Below, piece after piece: positions 11,900-26,510 of a DNA stretch of 64,000 nt. Position numbers and translations under genes: made by a program. Each line of letters begins with the position of its first letter. Position 1 is the first letter of the stretch. The notes beneath the pieces are model-generated. The model had not been told where the DNA came from. It was given only the letters and a program-made list of their open reading frames with translations, and did not search any database. The DNA is from Gordius albopunctatus (Eukaryota): the NCBI GenBank assembly GCA_964276515.1, contig OZ193910.1, forward strand, positions 7,874,001 through 7,938,000, read 5' to 3'.

Positions 11900-14800
11900 A
11901 ATGATTTTCAAGGAATTCACCTCTTATACCGAAAACTTTCATGAGAACTATATGGTTGAACAAAAAAATTGAAAAAATTTTGAGGTCGAAAAAAATATTA
12001 TTTTTCATATTGTTTCGAAAAGGAGATGAAAAAATCTTTAAAAGTTAGTAAATATTCTTAGCATTTTGTCCTTTCTTGATAGGAATTTTTGCGTGGGGGC
12101 TATTTGAGATTGAGAGAAATTAAAATTTTCGTGTTGCGTTTAGATTGATTCAATATCGCTTTATAAGCGTGTCTCTAGTTTTAGTGAAACAAGCTCTATG
12201 CGATCGTGATTTAGAGTTAATAATTTTTGATGACTGATCAAAAAAATGTTTTTCAAGGAATTCATCTCTTATACGGAAAACTTTCATGAGAGCTATATGG
12301 TTGAACAAAAAAAATTAAAAAAATTTCGAGGTCGAAAAAAATATTATTTTTCATATTCTTTCGAAAGGGAGATGAAAAAATCTTTAAAAGTTATTAAATA
12401 TTCTTAGCATTTTGTCCTTGTTAGAATCTTGATAGGAATTTTTGCGTGGGGGGATGTTTTAGATTGAGAGAAATTAAAATTTAGGTGTTGCGTTTATATT
12501 GTTTCAATATCGCTTTATAAGCGTGTCTCTAGTTTTAGTGAAACAAGCTCTATGCGATCGTGATTTAGAGTTAATAATTTTTGATGACTGATCAAAAAAA
12601 TGTTTTTCAAGGAATTCACCTCTTATACCGAAAACTTTCATGAGAACTATATGGTTGAACAAAAAAATTGAAAAAATTTTGAGGTCGAAAAAAATATTAT
12701 TTTTCATATTGTTTCGAAAAGGAGATGAAAAAATCTTTAAAAGTTAGTAAATATTCTTAGCATTTTGTCCTTTCTTGATAGGAATTTTTGCGTGGGGGCT
12801 ATTTGAGATTGAGAGAAATTAAAATTTTCGTGTTGCGTTTAGATTGATTCAATATCGCTTTATAAGCGTGTCTCTAGTTTTAGTGAAACAAGCTCTATGC
12901 GATCGTGATTTAGAGTTAATAATTTTTGATGACTGATCAAAAAAATGTTTTTCAAGGAATTCATCTCTTATACGGAAAACTTTCATGAGAGCTATATGGT
13001 TGAACAAAAAAAATTAAAACAATTTTGAGGTCGAAAAAAATATTATTTTTCATATTCTTTCGAAAGGGAGATGAAAAAATCTTTAAAAGTTATTAAATAT
13101 TCTTAGCATTTTGTCCTTGTTAGAATCTTGATAGGAATTTTTGCGTGGGGGGATGTTTTAGATTGAGAGAAATTAAAATTTTCGTGTGGCGTTTAGATTG
13201 ATTCAATATCGCTTTATAAGCGTGTCTCTAGTTTTAGTGAAACAAGCTCTATGCGATCGTGATTTACAGTTAATAATTTTTGATGACTGATCAAAAAAAT
13301 GTTTTTCAAGGAATTCACCTCTTATACCGAAAACTTTCATGAGAGCTATATGGTTGAACAAAAAAATTGAAAAAATTTTGAGGTCGAAAAAAATATTTTT
13401 TTTCATATTCTTTCGAAAGGGAGATGAAAAAATCTTTAAAAGTTATTAAATATTCTTAGCATTTTGTCCTTGTTAGAATCTTGATAGGAATTTTTGCGTG
13501 GGTGGATGTTTTAGATTGAGAGAAATTAAAATTTAGGTGTTGCGTTTATATTGTTTCAATATCGCTTTATAAGCGTGTCTCTAGTTTTAGTGAAACAAGC
13601 TCTATGCGATCGTGATTTAGAGTTAATAATTTTTGATGACTGATCAAAAAAATGTTTTTCAAGGAATTCATCTCTTATACGGAAAACTTTCATGAGAGCT
13701 ATATGGTTGAACAAAAAAATTGAAAAAATTTTGAGGTCGAAAAAATTATTATTTTTCATATTCTTTCGAAAGGGAGATGAAAAAATCTTTAAAGTTAGTA
13801 AATATTCTTAGCATTTTGTCCTTGTTAGAATCTTGATAGGAATATATGCGTGGGGGGATGTTTGAGATTGAGAGAAATTAAAATTTTCGTGTTACGTTTA
13901 TATTGTTTCAATATCGCTTTATAAGCGTGTCTCTAGTTTTAGTGAAACAAGCTCTATGCGATCGTGATTTAGAGTTAATAATTTTTGATGACTGATCAAA
14001 AAAATGTTTTTCAAAGAATTCACCTCTTATACCGAAAACTTTCATGAGAGCTATATGGTTGAACAAAAAAATTGAAAAAATTTTGAGGTCGAAAAAAATA
14101 TTATTTTTCATATTCTTTCGAAAGGGAGATGAAAAAATCTTTAAAAGTTAGTAAATATTCTTAGTATTTTGTCCTTGTTAGAATCTTGATAGAAATTTAT
14201 GCGTGGGGGGATGTTTTAGATTGAGAGAAATTAAAATTTAGGTGTTGCGTTTATATTGTTTCAATATCGCTTTATAAGCGTGTCTCTAGTTTTAGTGAAA
14301 CAAGCTCTATGCGATCGTGATTTAGGGTTAATAATTTTTGATGACTGATCAAAAAAATGTTTTTCAAGGAATTCACCTCTTATACCGAAAACTTTCATGA
14401 GAACTATATGGTTGAACAAAAAAATTGAAAAAATTTTGAGGTCGAAAAAAATATTATTTTTCATATAATTCGAAAAGGAGATGAAAAAATCTTTAAAAGT
14501 TAGTAAATATTCTTAGCATTTTGTCCTTTCTTGATAGGAATTTTTGCGTGGGGGCTATTTGAGATTGAGAGAAATTAAAATTTTCGTGTTGCGTTTAGAT
14601 TGATTCAATATCGCTTTATAAGCGTGTCTCTAGTTTTAGTGAAACAAGCTCTATGCGATCGTGATTTAGAGTTAATAATTTTTGATGACTGATCAAAAAA
14701 ATGTTTTTCAAGGAATTCATCTCTTATACGGAAAACTTTCATGAGAGCTTTATGGTTGAACAAAAAAAATTAAAAAAATTTCGAGGTCGAAAAAAATATT

Positions 14801-15800
14801 ATTTTTCATATTCTTTCGAAAGGGAGATGAAAAAATCTTTAAAAGTTATTAAATATTCTTAGCATTTTGTCCTTGTTAGAATCTTGATAGGAATTTTTGC
14901 GTGGGGGGATGTTTTAGATTGAGAGAAATTAAAATTTAGGTGTTGCGTTTATATTGTTTCAATATCGCTTTATAAGCGTGTCTCTAGTTTTAGTGAAACA
15001 AGCTCTATGCGATCGTGATTTAGAGTTAATAATTTTTGATGACTGATCAAAAAAATGTTTTTCAAGGAATTCACCTCTTATACCGAAAACTTTCATGAGA
15101 ACTATATGGTTGAACAAAAAAATTGAAAAAATTTTGAGGTCGAAAAAAATATTATTTTTCATATTGTTTCGAAAAGGAGATGAAAAAATCTTTAAAAGTT
15201 AGTAAATATTCTTAGCATTTTGTCCTTTCTTGATAGGAATTTTTGCGTGGGGGCTATTTGAGATTGAGAGAAATTAAAATTTTCGTGTTGCGTTTAGATT
15301 GATTCAATATCGCTTTATAAGCGTGTCTCTAGTTTTAGTGAAACAAGCTCTATGCGATCGTGATTTAGAGTTAATAATTTTTGATGACTGATCAAAAAAA
15401 TGTTTTTCAAGGAATTCATCTCTTATACGGAAAACTTTCATGAGAGCTATATGGTTGAACAAAAAAAATTAAAACAATTTTGAGGTCGAAAAAAATATTA
15501 TTTTTCATATTCTTTCGAAAGGGAGATGAAAAAATCTTTAAAAGTTATTAAATATTCTTAGCATTTTGTCCTTGTTAGAATCTTGATAGGAATTTTTGCG
15601 TGGGGGGATGTTTTAGATTGAGAGAAATTAAAATTTTCGTGTGGCGTTTAGATTGATTCAATATCGCTTTATAAGCGTGTCTCTAGTTTTAGTGAAACAA
15701 GCTCTATGCGATCGTGATTTACAGTTAATAATTTTTGATGACTGATCAAAAAAATGTTTTTCAAGGAATTCACCTCTTATACCGAAAACTTTCATGAGAA
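11900..15800 (+). repeat. Higher-order duplication, offset 2455 bp (7 monomers), built on 699-bp short+long dimers
   Basis: Monomers 12150/12504/12849/13203 match 14605/14959/15304/15658. The shared variant attaaaaaaatttcgagg occurs at ~12315 and ~14770. Confidence 0.8.
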
Positions 15801-17769
15801 CTATATGGTTGAACAAAAAAATTGAAAAAATTTTGAGGTCGAAAAAAATATTATTTTTCATATTGTTTCGAAAAGGAGATGAAAAAATCTTTAAAAGTTA
15901 GTAAATATTCATAGCATTTTGTCCTTTCTTGATAGGAATTTTTGCGTGGGGGCTATTTGAGATTGAGAGAAATTAAAATTTTCGTGTTGCGTTTAGATTG
16001 ATTCAATATCGCTTTATAAGCGTGTCTCTAGTTTTAGTGAAACAAGCTCTATGCGATCGTGATTTAGAGTTAATAATTTTTGATGACTGATCAAAAAAAT
16101 GTTTTTCAAGGAATTCATCTCTTATACGGAAAACTTTCATGAGAGCTATATGGTTGAACAAAAAAAATTAAAACAATTTTGAGGTCGAAAAAAATATTAT
16201 TTTTCATATTCTTTCGAAAGGGAGATGAAAAAATCTTTAAAAGTTATTAAATATTCTTAGCATTTTGTCCTTGTTAGAATCTTGATAGGAATTTTTGCGT
16301 GGGGGGATGTTTTAGATTGAGAGAAATTAAAATTTATGTGTTGCGTTTATATTGTTTCAATATCGCTTTATAAGCGTGTCTCTAGTTTTAGTGAAACAAG
16401 CTCTATGCGATCGTGATTTAGGGTTAATAATTTTTGATGACTGATCAAAAAAATGTTTTTCAAGGAATTCACCTCTTATACCGAAAACTTTCATGAGAGC
16501 TATATGGTTGAACAAAAAAATTGAAAAAATTTTGAGGTCGAAAAAAATATTATTTTTCAAATTCTTTCGAAAGGGAGATGAAAAAATCTTTAAAAGTTAG
16601 TAAATATTCTAAATATTTTGTCCTTGTTAGAATCTTGATAGGAATTTTTGCGTTGGCGATGTTTGAGATTGAGAGAAATTAAAATTTTCGTGTGGCGTTT
16701 AGATTGATTCAATATCGCTTTATAAGCGTGTCTCTAGTTTTAGTGAAACAAGCTCTATGCGATCGTGATTTAGAGTTAATAATTTTTGATGACTGATCAA
16801 AAAAATGTTTTTCAAGGAATTCACCTTTTATACCGAAAACTTTCATGAGAACTATATGGTTGAACAAAAAAATTAAAACAATTTTGAGGTCGAAAAAAAT
16901 ATTATTTTTCATATTCTTTCGAAAGGGAGATGAAAAAATCTTTAAAAATTAGTAAATATTCTTAGAATTTTGTCCTTGTTAGAATCTTGATAGGAATTTT
17001 TGCGTTGGCGATGTTTGAGATTGAGAGAAATTAAAATTTTCGTGTGGTGTTTAGATTGATTCAATATCGCTTTATAAGCGTGTCTCTAGTTTTAGTGAAA
17101 CAAGCTCTATGCGATCGTGATTTAGAGTTAATAATTTTTGATGACTGATCAAAAAAATGTTTTTCAAGGAATTCATCTCTTATACGGAAAACTTTCATGA
17201 GAGCTATATGGTTGAACAAAAAAATTGAAAAAATTTTGAGGTCGAAAAAAATATTTTTTTTCATATTCTTTCGAAAGGGAGATGAAAAAATCTTTAAAAG
17301 TTATTAAATATTCTTAGCATTTTGTCCTTGTTAGAATCTTGATAGGAATTTTTGCGTGGGGGGATGTTTTAGATTGAGAGAAATTAAAATTTAGGTGTTG
17401 CGTTTATATTGTTTCAATATCGCTTTATAAGCGTGTCTCTAGTTTTAGTGAAACAAGCTCTATGCGATCGTGATTTAGAGTTAATAATTTTTGATGACTG
17501 ATCAAAAAAATGTTTTTCAAGGAATTCATCTCTTATACGGAAAACTTTCATGAGAGCTATATGGTTGAACAAAAAAAATTAAAACAATTTCGAGGTCGAA
17601 AAAAATATTATTTTTCATATTCTTTCGAAAGGGAGATGAAAAAATCTTTAAAAGTTAGTAAATATTCTTAGCATTTTGTCCTTGTTAGAATCTTGATAGA
17701 AATTTATGCGTGGGGGGATGTTTTAGATTGAGAGAAATTAAAATTTAGGTGTTGCGTTTATATTGTTTC

Positions 17770-20700
17770 AATATCGCTTTATAAGCGTGTCTCTACTTTT
17801 AGTGAAACAAGCTCTATGCGATGGTGATTCAGAGTTAATAATTTTTGATGACTGATCAAAAAAATGTTTTTCAAGGAATTCACCTCTTATACCGAAAACT
17901 TTCATGAGAACTATATGGTTGAACAAAAAAATTGAAAAAATTTTGAGGTCGAAAAAAATATTATTTTTCATATTGTTTCGAAAAGGAGATGAAAAAATCT
18001 TTAAAAGTTAGTAAATATTCTTAGCATTTTGTCCTTTCTTGATAGGAATTTTTGCGTGGGGGCTATTTGAGATTGAGAGAAATTAAAATTTCCGTGTGGC
18101 GTTTAGATTGATTCAATATCGTTTTATAAGCGTGTCTCTAGTTTTAGTGAAACAAGCTCTATGCGATCGTGATTTAGAGTTAATAATTTTTGATGACTGA
18201 TCAAAAAAATGTTTTTCAAGGAATTCATCTCTTATACGGAAAACTTTCATGAGAGCTATATGGTTGAACAAAAAAATTGAAAAAATTTTGAGGTCGAAAA
18301 AAATATTTTTTTTCATATTCTTTCGAAAGGGAGATGAAAAAATCTTTAAAAGTTATTAAATATTCTTAGCATTTTGTCCTTGTTAGAATCTTGATAGGAA
18401 TTTTTGCGTGGGGGATGTTTGAGATTGAGAGAAATTAAAATTTTCGTGTTGCGTTTAGATTGATTCAATATCGCTTTATAAGCGTGTCTCTAGTTTTAGT
18501 GAAACAAGCTCTATGCGATCGTGATTTAGGGTTAATAATTTTTGATGACTGATCAAAAAAATGTTTTTCAAGGAATTCACCTCTTATACGGAAAACTTTC
18601 ATGAGAGCTATATGGTTGAACAAAAAAATTGAAAAAATTTTGAGGTCGAAAAAAATATTTTTTTTCATATTCTTTCGAAAGGGAGATGAAAAAATCTTTA
18701 AAAGTTATTAAATATTCTTAGCATTTTGTCCTTGTTAGAATCTTGATAGGAATTTTTGCGTGGGGGATGTTTGAGATTGAGAGAAATTAAAATTTTCGTG
18801 TTGCGTTTAGATTGATTCAATATCGCTTTATAAGCGTGTCTCTAGTTTTAGTGAAACAAGCTCTATGCGATCGTGATTTAGGGTTAATAATTTTTGATGA
18901 CTGATCAAAAAAATGTTTTTCAAGGAATTCACCTCTTATACGGAAAACTTTCATGAGAGCTATATGGTTGAACAAAAAAATTAAAACAATTTTGAGGTCG
19001 AAAAAAATATTATTTTTCATATTCTTTCGAAAGGAGATGAAAAAATCTTTAAAAGTTATTAAATATTCTTAGCATTTTGTCCTTGTTAGAATCTTGATAG
19101 GAATTTTTGCGTGGGGGGATGTTTGGGATTGAGAGAAATTAAAATTTTCGTGTTGCGTTTAGATTGATTCAATTTCGCTTTATAAGCGTGTCTCTAGTTT
19201 TAGTGAAACAAGCTCTATGCGATCGTGATTTAGAGTTAATAATTTTTGATGACTGATCAAAAAAATGTTTTTCAAGGAATTCACCTCCTATACGGAAAAC
19301 TTTCATGAGAGCTATATGGTTGAACAAAAAAAATTAAAACAATTTTGAGGTCGAAAAAAATATTATTTTTCATATTCTTTCGAAAGGGAGATGAAAAAAT
19401 CTTTAAAAGTTATTAAATATTCTTAGCATTTTGTCCTTGTTAGAATCTTGATAGGAATTTTTGCGTGGGGGGATGTTTGAGATTGAGAGAAATTAAAATA
19501 TTCGTGTTGCTTTTAGATTGATTCAATATCGCTTTATAAGCGTGTTTCTACTTTTAGTGAAAACACGCTCTATGCGATGGTGATTCAGTGTTAATAAATT
19601 TTGATGACTGATCAAAAAAATGTTTTTCAAGGAATTCACCTCTTATACCGAAAACTTTCATGAGAACTATATGGTTGAACAAAAAAATTGAAAAAATTTT
19701 GAGGTCGAAAAAAATATTATTTTTCATATTGTTTCGAAAAGGAGATGAAAAAATCTTTAAAAGTTAGTAAATATTCTTAGCATTTTGTCCTTTCTTGATA
19801 GGAATTTTTGCGTGGGGGCTATTTGAGATTGAGAGAAATTAAAATTTCCGTGTGGCGTTTAGATTGATTCAATATCGTTTTATAAGCGTGTCTCTAGTTT
19901 TAGTGAAACAAGCTCTATGCGATCGTGATTTAGAGTTAATAATTTTTGATGACTGATCAAAAAAATGTTTTTCAAGGAATTCATCTCTTATACGGAAAAC
20001 TTTCATGAGAGCTATATGGTTGAACAAAAAAATTGAAAAAATTTTGAGGTCGAAAAAAATATTTTTTTTTATATTCTTTCGAAAGGGAGATGAAAAAATC
20101 TTTAAAAGTTATTAAATATTCTTAGCATTTTGTCCTTGTTAGAATCTTGATAGGAATTTTTGCGTGGGGGATGTTTGAGATTGAGAGAAATTAAAATTTT
20201 CGTGTTGCGTTTAGATTGATTCAATATCGCTTTATAAGCGTGTCTCTAGTTTTAGTGAAACAAGCTCTATGCGATCGTGATTTAGGGTTAATAATTTTTG
20301 ATGACTGATCAAAAAAATGTTTTTCAAGGAATTCACCTCTTATACCGAAAACTTTCATGAGAGCTATATGGTTGAACAAAAAAATTGAAAAAATTTTGAG
20401 GTCGAAAAAAATATTATTTTTCATATTGTTTCGAAAAGGAGATGAAAAAATCTTTAAAAGTTAGTAAATATTCTTAGAATTTTGTCCTTGTTAGAATCTT
20501 GATAGGAATTTTTGCGTTGGCGATGTTTGAGATTGAGAGAAATTAAAATTTTCGTGTGGCGTTTAGATTGATTCAATATCGCTTTATAAGCGTGTCTCTA
20601 GTTTTAGTGAAACAAGCTCTATGCGATCGTGATTTAGAGTTAATAATTTTTGATGACTGATCAAAAAAATGTTTTTCAAGGAATTCATCTCTTATACGGA

Positions 20701-23700
20701 AAACTTTCATGAGAGCTATATGGTTGAACAAAAAAATTGAAAAAATTTTGAGGTCGAAAAAAATATTATTTTTCATATTGTTTCGAAAAGGAGATGAAAA
20801 AATCTTTAAAAGTTAGTAAATATTCTTAGCATTTTGTCCTTTCTTGATAGGAATTTTTGCGTGGGGGCTATTTGAGATTGAGAGAAATTAAAATTTCCGT
20901 GTGGCGTTTAGATTGATTCAATATCGTTTTATAAGCGTGTCTCTAGTTTTAGTGAAACAAGCTCTATGTGATCGTGATTTAGAGTTAATAATTTTTGATG
21001 ACTGATCAAAAAAATGTTTTTCAAGGAATTCATCTCTTATACGGAAAACTTTCATGAGAGCTATATGGTTGAACAAAAAAATTGAAAAAATTTTGAGGTC
21101 GAAAAAAATATTTTTTTTCATATTCTTTCGAAAGGGAGATGAAAAAATCTTTAAAAGTTAGTAAATATTCTTAGCATTTTGTCCTTGTTAGAATCTTGAT
21201 AGAAATTTATGCGTGGGGGGATGTTTTAGATTGAGAGAAATTAAAATTTAGGTGTTGCGTTTATATTGTTACAATATCGCTTTATAAGCGTGTCTCTACT
21301 TTTAGTGAAACAAGCTCTATGCGATGGTGATTCAGAGTTAATAATTTTTGATGACTGATCAAAAAAATGTTTTTCAAGGAATTCACCTCTTATACCGAAA
21401 ACTTTCATGAGAACTATATGGTTGAACAAAAAAATTGAAAAAATTTTGAGGTCGAAAAAAATATTATTTTTCATATTGTTTCGAAAAGGAGATGAAAAAA
21501 TCTTTAAAAGTTAGTAAATATTCTTAGCATTTTGTCCTTTCTTGATAGGAATTTTTGCGTGGGGGCTATTTGAGATTGAGAGAAATTAAAATTTCCGTGT
21601 GGCGTTTAGATTGATTCAATATCGTTTTATAAGCGTGTCTCTAGTTTTAGTGAAACAAGCTCTATGCGATCGTGATTTAGAGTTAATAATTTTTGATGAC
21701 TGATCAAAAAAATGTTTTTCAAGGAATTCATCTCTTATACGGAAAACTTTCATGAGAGCTATATGGTTGAACAAAAAAATTGAAAAAATTTTGAGGTCGA
21801 AAAAAATATTTTTTTTCATATTCTTTCGAAAGGGAGATGAAAAAATCTTTAAAAGTTATTAAATATTCTTAGCATTTTGTCCTTGTTAGAATCTTGATAG
21901 GAATTTTTGCGTGGGGGATGTTTGAGATTGAGAGAAATTAAAATTTTCGTGTTGCGTTTAGATTGATTCAATATCGCTTTATAAGCGTGTCTCTAGTTTT
22001 AGTGAAACAAGCTCTATGCGATCGTGATTTAGGGTTAATAATTTTTGATGACTGATCAAAAAAATGTTTTTCAAGGAATTCACCTCTTATACGGAAAACT
22101 TTCATGAGAGCTATATGGTTGAACAAAAAAATTGAAAAAATTTTGAGGTCGAAAAAAATATTTTTTTTCATATTCTTTCGAAAGGGAGATGAAAAAATCT
22201 TTAAAAGTTATTAAATATTCTTAGCATTTTGTCCTTGTTAGAATCTTGATAGGAATTTTTGCGTGGGGGATGTTTGAGATTGAGAGAAATTAAAATTTTC
22301 GTGTTGCGTTTAGATTGATTCAATATCGCTTTATAAGCGTGTCTCTAGTTTTAGTGAAACAAGCTCTATGCGATCGTGATTTAGGGTTAATAATTTTTGA
22401 TGACTGATCAAAAAAATGTTTTTCAAGGAATTCACCTCTTATACGGAAAACTTTCATGAGAGCTATATGGTTGAACAAAAAAATTAAAACAATTTTGAGG
22501 TCGAAAAAAATATTATTTTTCATATTCTTTCGAAAGGAGATGAAAAAATCTTTAAAAGTTATTAAATATTCTTAGCATTTTGTCCTTGTTAGAATCTTGA
22601 TAGGAATTTTTGCGTGGGGGGATGTTTGGGATTGAGAGAAATTAAAATTTTCGTGTTGCGTTTAGATTGATTCAATTTCGCTTTATAAGCGTGTCTCTAG
22701 TTTTAGTGAAACAAGCTCTATGCGATCGTGATTTAGAGTTAATAATTTTTGATGACTGATCAAAAAAATGTTTTTCAAGGAATTCACCTCCTATACGGAA
22801 AACTTTCATGAGAGCTATATGGTTGAACAAAAAAAATTAAAACAATTTTGAGGTCGAAAAAAATATTATTTTTCATATTCTTTCGAAAGGGAGATGAAAA
22901 AATCTTTAAAAGTTATTAAATATTCTTAGCATTTTGTCCTTGTTAGAATCTTGATAGGAATTTTTGCGTGGGGGGATGTTTGAGATTGAGAGAAATTAAA
23001 ATTTTCGTGTTGCGTTTAGATTGATTCAATATCGCTTTATAAGCGTGTCTCTACTTTTAGTGAAACAAGCTCTATGCGATGGTGATTCAGTGTTAATAAA
23101 TTTTGATGACTGATCAAAAAAATGTTTTTCAAGGAATTCACCTCTTATACCGAAAACTTTCATGAGAACTATATGGTTGAACAAAAAAATTGAAAAAATT
23201 TTGAGGTCGAAAAAAATATTATTTTTCATATTGTTTCGAAAAGGAGATGAAAAAATCTTTAAAAGTTAGTAAATATTCTTAGCATTTTGTCCTTTCTTGA
23301 TAGGAATTTTTGCGTGGGGGCTATTTGAGATTGAGAGAAATTAAAATTTCCGTGTGGCGTTTAGATTGATTCAATATCGTTTTATAAGCGTGTCTCTAGT
23401 TTTAGTGAAACAAGCTCTATGCGATCGTGATTTAGAGTTAATAATTTTTGATGACTGATCAAAAAAATGTTTTTCAAGGAATTCATCTCTTATACGGAAA
23501 ACTTTCATGAGAGCTATATGGTTGAACAAAAAAATTGAAAAAATTTTGAGGTCGAAAAAAATATTTTTTTTTATATTCTTTCGAAAGGGAGATGAAAAAA
23601 TCTTTAAAAGTTATTAAATATTCTTAGCATTTTGTCCTTGTTAGAATCTTGATAGGAATTTTTGCGTGGGGGATGTTTGAGATTGAGAGAAATTAAAATT

Positions 23701-25110
23701 TTCGTGTTGCGTTTAGATTGATTCAATATCGCTTTATAAGCGTGTCTCTAGTTTTAGTGAAACAAGCTCTATGCGATCGTGATTTAGGGTTAATAATTTT
23801 TGATGACTGATCAAAAAAATGTTTTTCAAGGAATTCACCTCTTATACCGAAAACTTTCATGAGAGCTATATGGTTGAACAAAAAAATTGAAAAAATTTTG
23901 AGGTCGAAAAAAATATTATTTTTCATATTGTTTCGAAAAGGAGATGAAAAAATCTTTAAAAGTTAGTAAATATTCTTAGAATTTTGTCCTTGTTAGAATC
24001 TTGATAGGAATTTTTGCGTTGGCGATGTTTGAGATTGAGAGAAATTAAAATTTTCGTGTGGCGTTTAGATTGATTCAATATCGCTTTATAAGCGTGTCTC
24101 TAGTTTTAGTGAAACAAGCTCTATGCGATCGTGATTTAGAGTTAATAATTTTTGATGACTGATCAAAAAAATGTTTTTCAAGGAATTCATCTCTTATACG
24201 GAAAACTTTCATGAGAGCTATATGGTTGAACAAAAAAATTGAAAAAATTTTGAGGTCGAAAAAAATATTATTTTTCATATTGTTTCGAAAAGGAGATGAA
24301 AAAATCTTTAAAAGTTAGTAAATATTCTTAGCATTTTGTCCTTTCTTGATAGGAATTTTTGCGTGGGGGCTATTTGAGATTGAGAGAAATTAAAATTTCC
24401 GTGTGGCGTTTAGATTGATTCAATATCGTTTTATAAGCGTGTCTCTAGTTTTAGTGAAACAAGCTCTATGTGATCGTGATTTAGAGTTAATAATTTTTGA
24501 TGACTGATCAAAAAAATGTTTTTCAAGGAATTCATCTCTTATACGGAAAACTTTCATGAGAGCTATATGGTTGAACAAAAAAATTGAAAAAATTTTGAGG
24601 TCGAAAAAAATATTTTTTTCATATTCTTTCGAAAGGGAGATGAAAAAATCTTTAAAAGTTAGTAAATATTCTTAGCATTTTGTCCTTGTTAGAATCTTGA
24701 TAGAAATTTATGCGTGGGGGGATGTTTTAGATTGAGAGAAATTAAAATTTAGGTGTTGCGTTTATATTGTTACAATATCGCTTTATAAGCGTGTCTCTAC
24801 TTTTAGTGAAACAAGCTCTATGCGATGGTGATTCAGAGTTAATAATTTTTGATGACTGATCAAAAAAATGTTTTTCAAGGAATTCACCTCTTATACCGAA
24901 AACTTTCATGAGAACTATATGGTTGAACAAAAAAATTGAAAAAATTTTGAGGTCGAAAAAAATATTATTTTTCATATTGTTTCGAAAAGGAGATGAAAAA
25001 ATCTTTAAAAGTTAGTAAATATTCTTAGCATTTTGTCCTTTCTTGATAGGAATTTTTGCGTGGGGGCTATTTGAGATTGAGAGAAATTAAAATTTCCGTG
25101 TGGCGTTTAG
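17770..25110 (+). repeat. Tandem 10-mer HOR (~3503 bp), two copies
   Basis: Monomer starts pair as 18113/21616, 18465/21968, 18817/22320, 19523/23026, 20221/23723, 20573/24075 and 21271/24772. Shared rare variants are gtttgggatt (19121/22624), ttaataaatt (19591/~23093), ttttttatattc and ctatgtgatcg (~20964/~24466). Confidence 0.93.
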
Positions 25111-26510
25111 ATTGTTTCAATATCGCTTTATAAGCGTGTCTCTAGTTTTAGTGAAACAAGCTCTATGCGATCGTGATTTAGAGTTAATAATTTTTGATGA
25201 CTGATCAAAGAAATGTTTTTCAAGGAATTCACCTCTTATACCGAAAACTTTCATGAGAGCTATATGGTTGAACAAAAAAATTGAAAAAATTTTGAGGTCG
25301 AAAAAAATATTATTTTTCAAATTCTTTCGAAAGGGAGATGAAAAAATCTTTAAAAGTTAGTAAATATTCTTAGCATTTTGTCCTTGTTAGAATCTTGATA
25401 GGAATTTTTGCGTTGGCGATGTTTGAGATTGAGAGAAATTAAAATTTTCGTGTGGCGTTTAGATTGTTTCAATATCGCTTTATAAGCGTGTCTCTAGTTT
25501 TAGTGAAACAAGCTCTATGCGATGGTGATTCAGAGTTAATAATTTTTGATGACTGATCAAAAAAATGTTTTTCAAGGAATTCACCTCTTATACCGAAAAC
25601 TTTCATGAGAACTATATGGTTGAACAAAAAAATTGAAAAAATTTTGAGGTCGAAAAAAATATTATTTTTCATATTGTTTCGAAAAGGAGATGAAAAAATC
25701 TTTAAAAGTTAGTAAATATTCTTAGCATTTTGTCCTTTCTTGATAGGAATTTTTGCGTGGGGGATGTTTGAGATTGAGAGAAATTAAAATTTTCGTGTTG
25801 CGTTTAGATTGATTCAATTTCGCTTTATAAGCGTGTCTCTAGTTTTAGTGAAACAAGCTCTATGCGATCGTGATTTAGAGTTAATAATTTTTGATGACTG
25901 ATCAAAAAAATGTTTTTCAAGGAATTCATCTCTTATACGGAAAACTTTCATGAGAACTATATGGTTGAACAAAAAAATTGAAAAAATTTTGAGGTCGAAA
26001 AAAATATTATTTTTCATATTGTTTCGAAAAGGAGATGAAAAAATCTTTAAAAGTTAGTAAATATTCTTAGCATTTTGTCCTTTCTTGATAGGAATTTTTG
26101 CGTGGGGGATGTTTGAGATTGAGAGAAATTAAAATTTTCGTGTTGCGTTTAGATTGATTCAATTTCGCTTTATAAGCGTGTCTCTAGTTTTAGTGAAACA
26201 AGCTCTATGCGATCGTGATTTAGAGTTAATAATTTTTGATGACTGATCAAAAAAATGTTTTTCAAGGAATTCATCTCTTATACGGAAAACTTTCATGAGA
26301 GCTATATGGTTGAACAAAAAAATTGAAAAAATTTTGAGGTCGAAAAAAATATTATTTTTCAAATTCTTTCGAAAGGGAGATGAAAAAATCTTTAAAAGTT
26401 AGTAAATATTCTTAGCATTTTGTCCTTGTTAGAATCTTGATAGGAATTTTTGCGTGGGGGATGTTTTAGATTGAGAGAAATTAAAATTTAGGTGTTGCGT
26501 TTATATTGTT

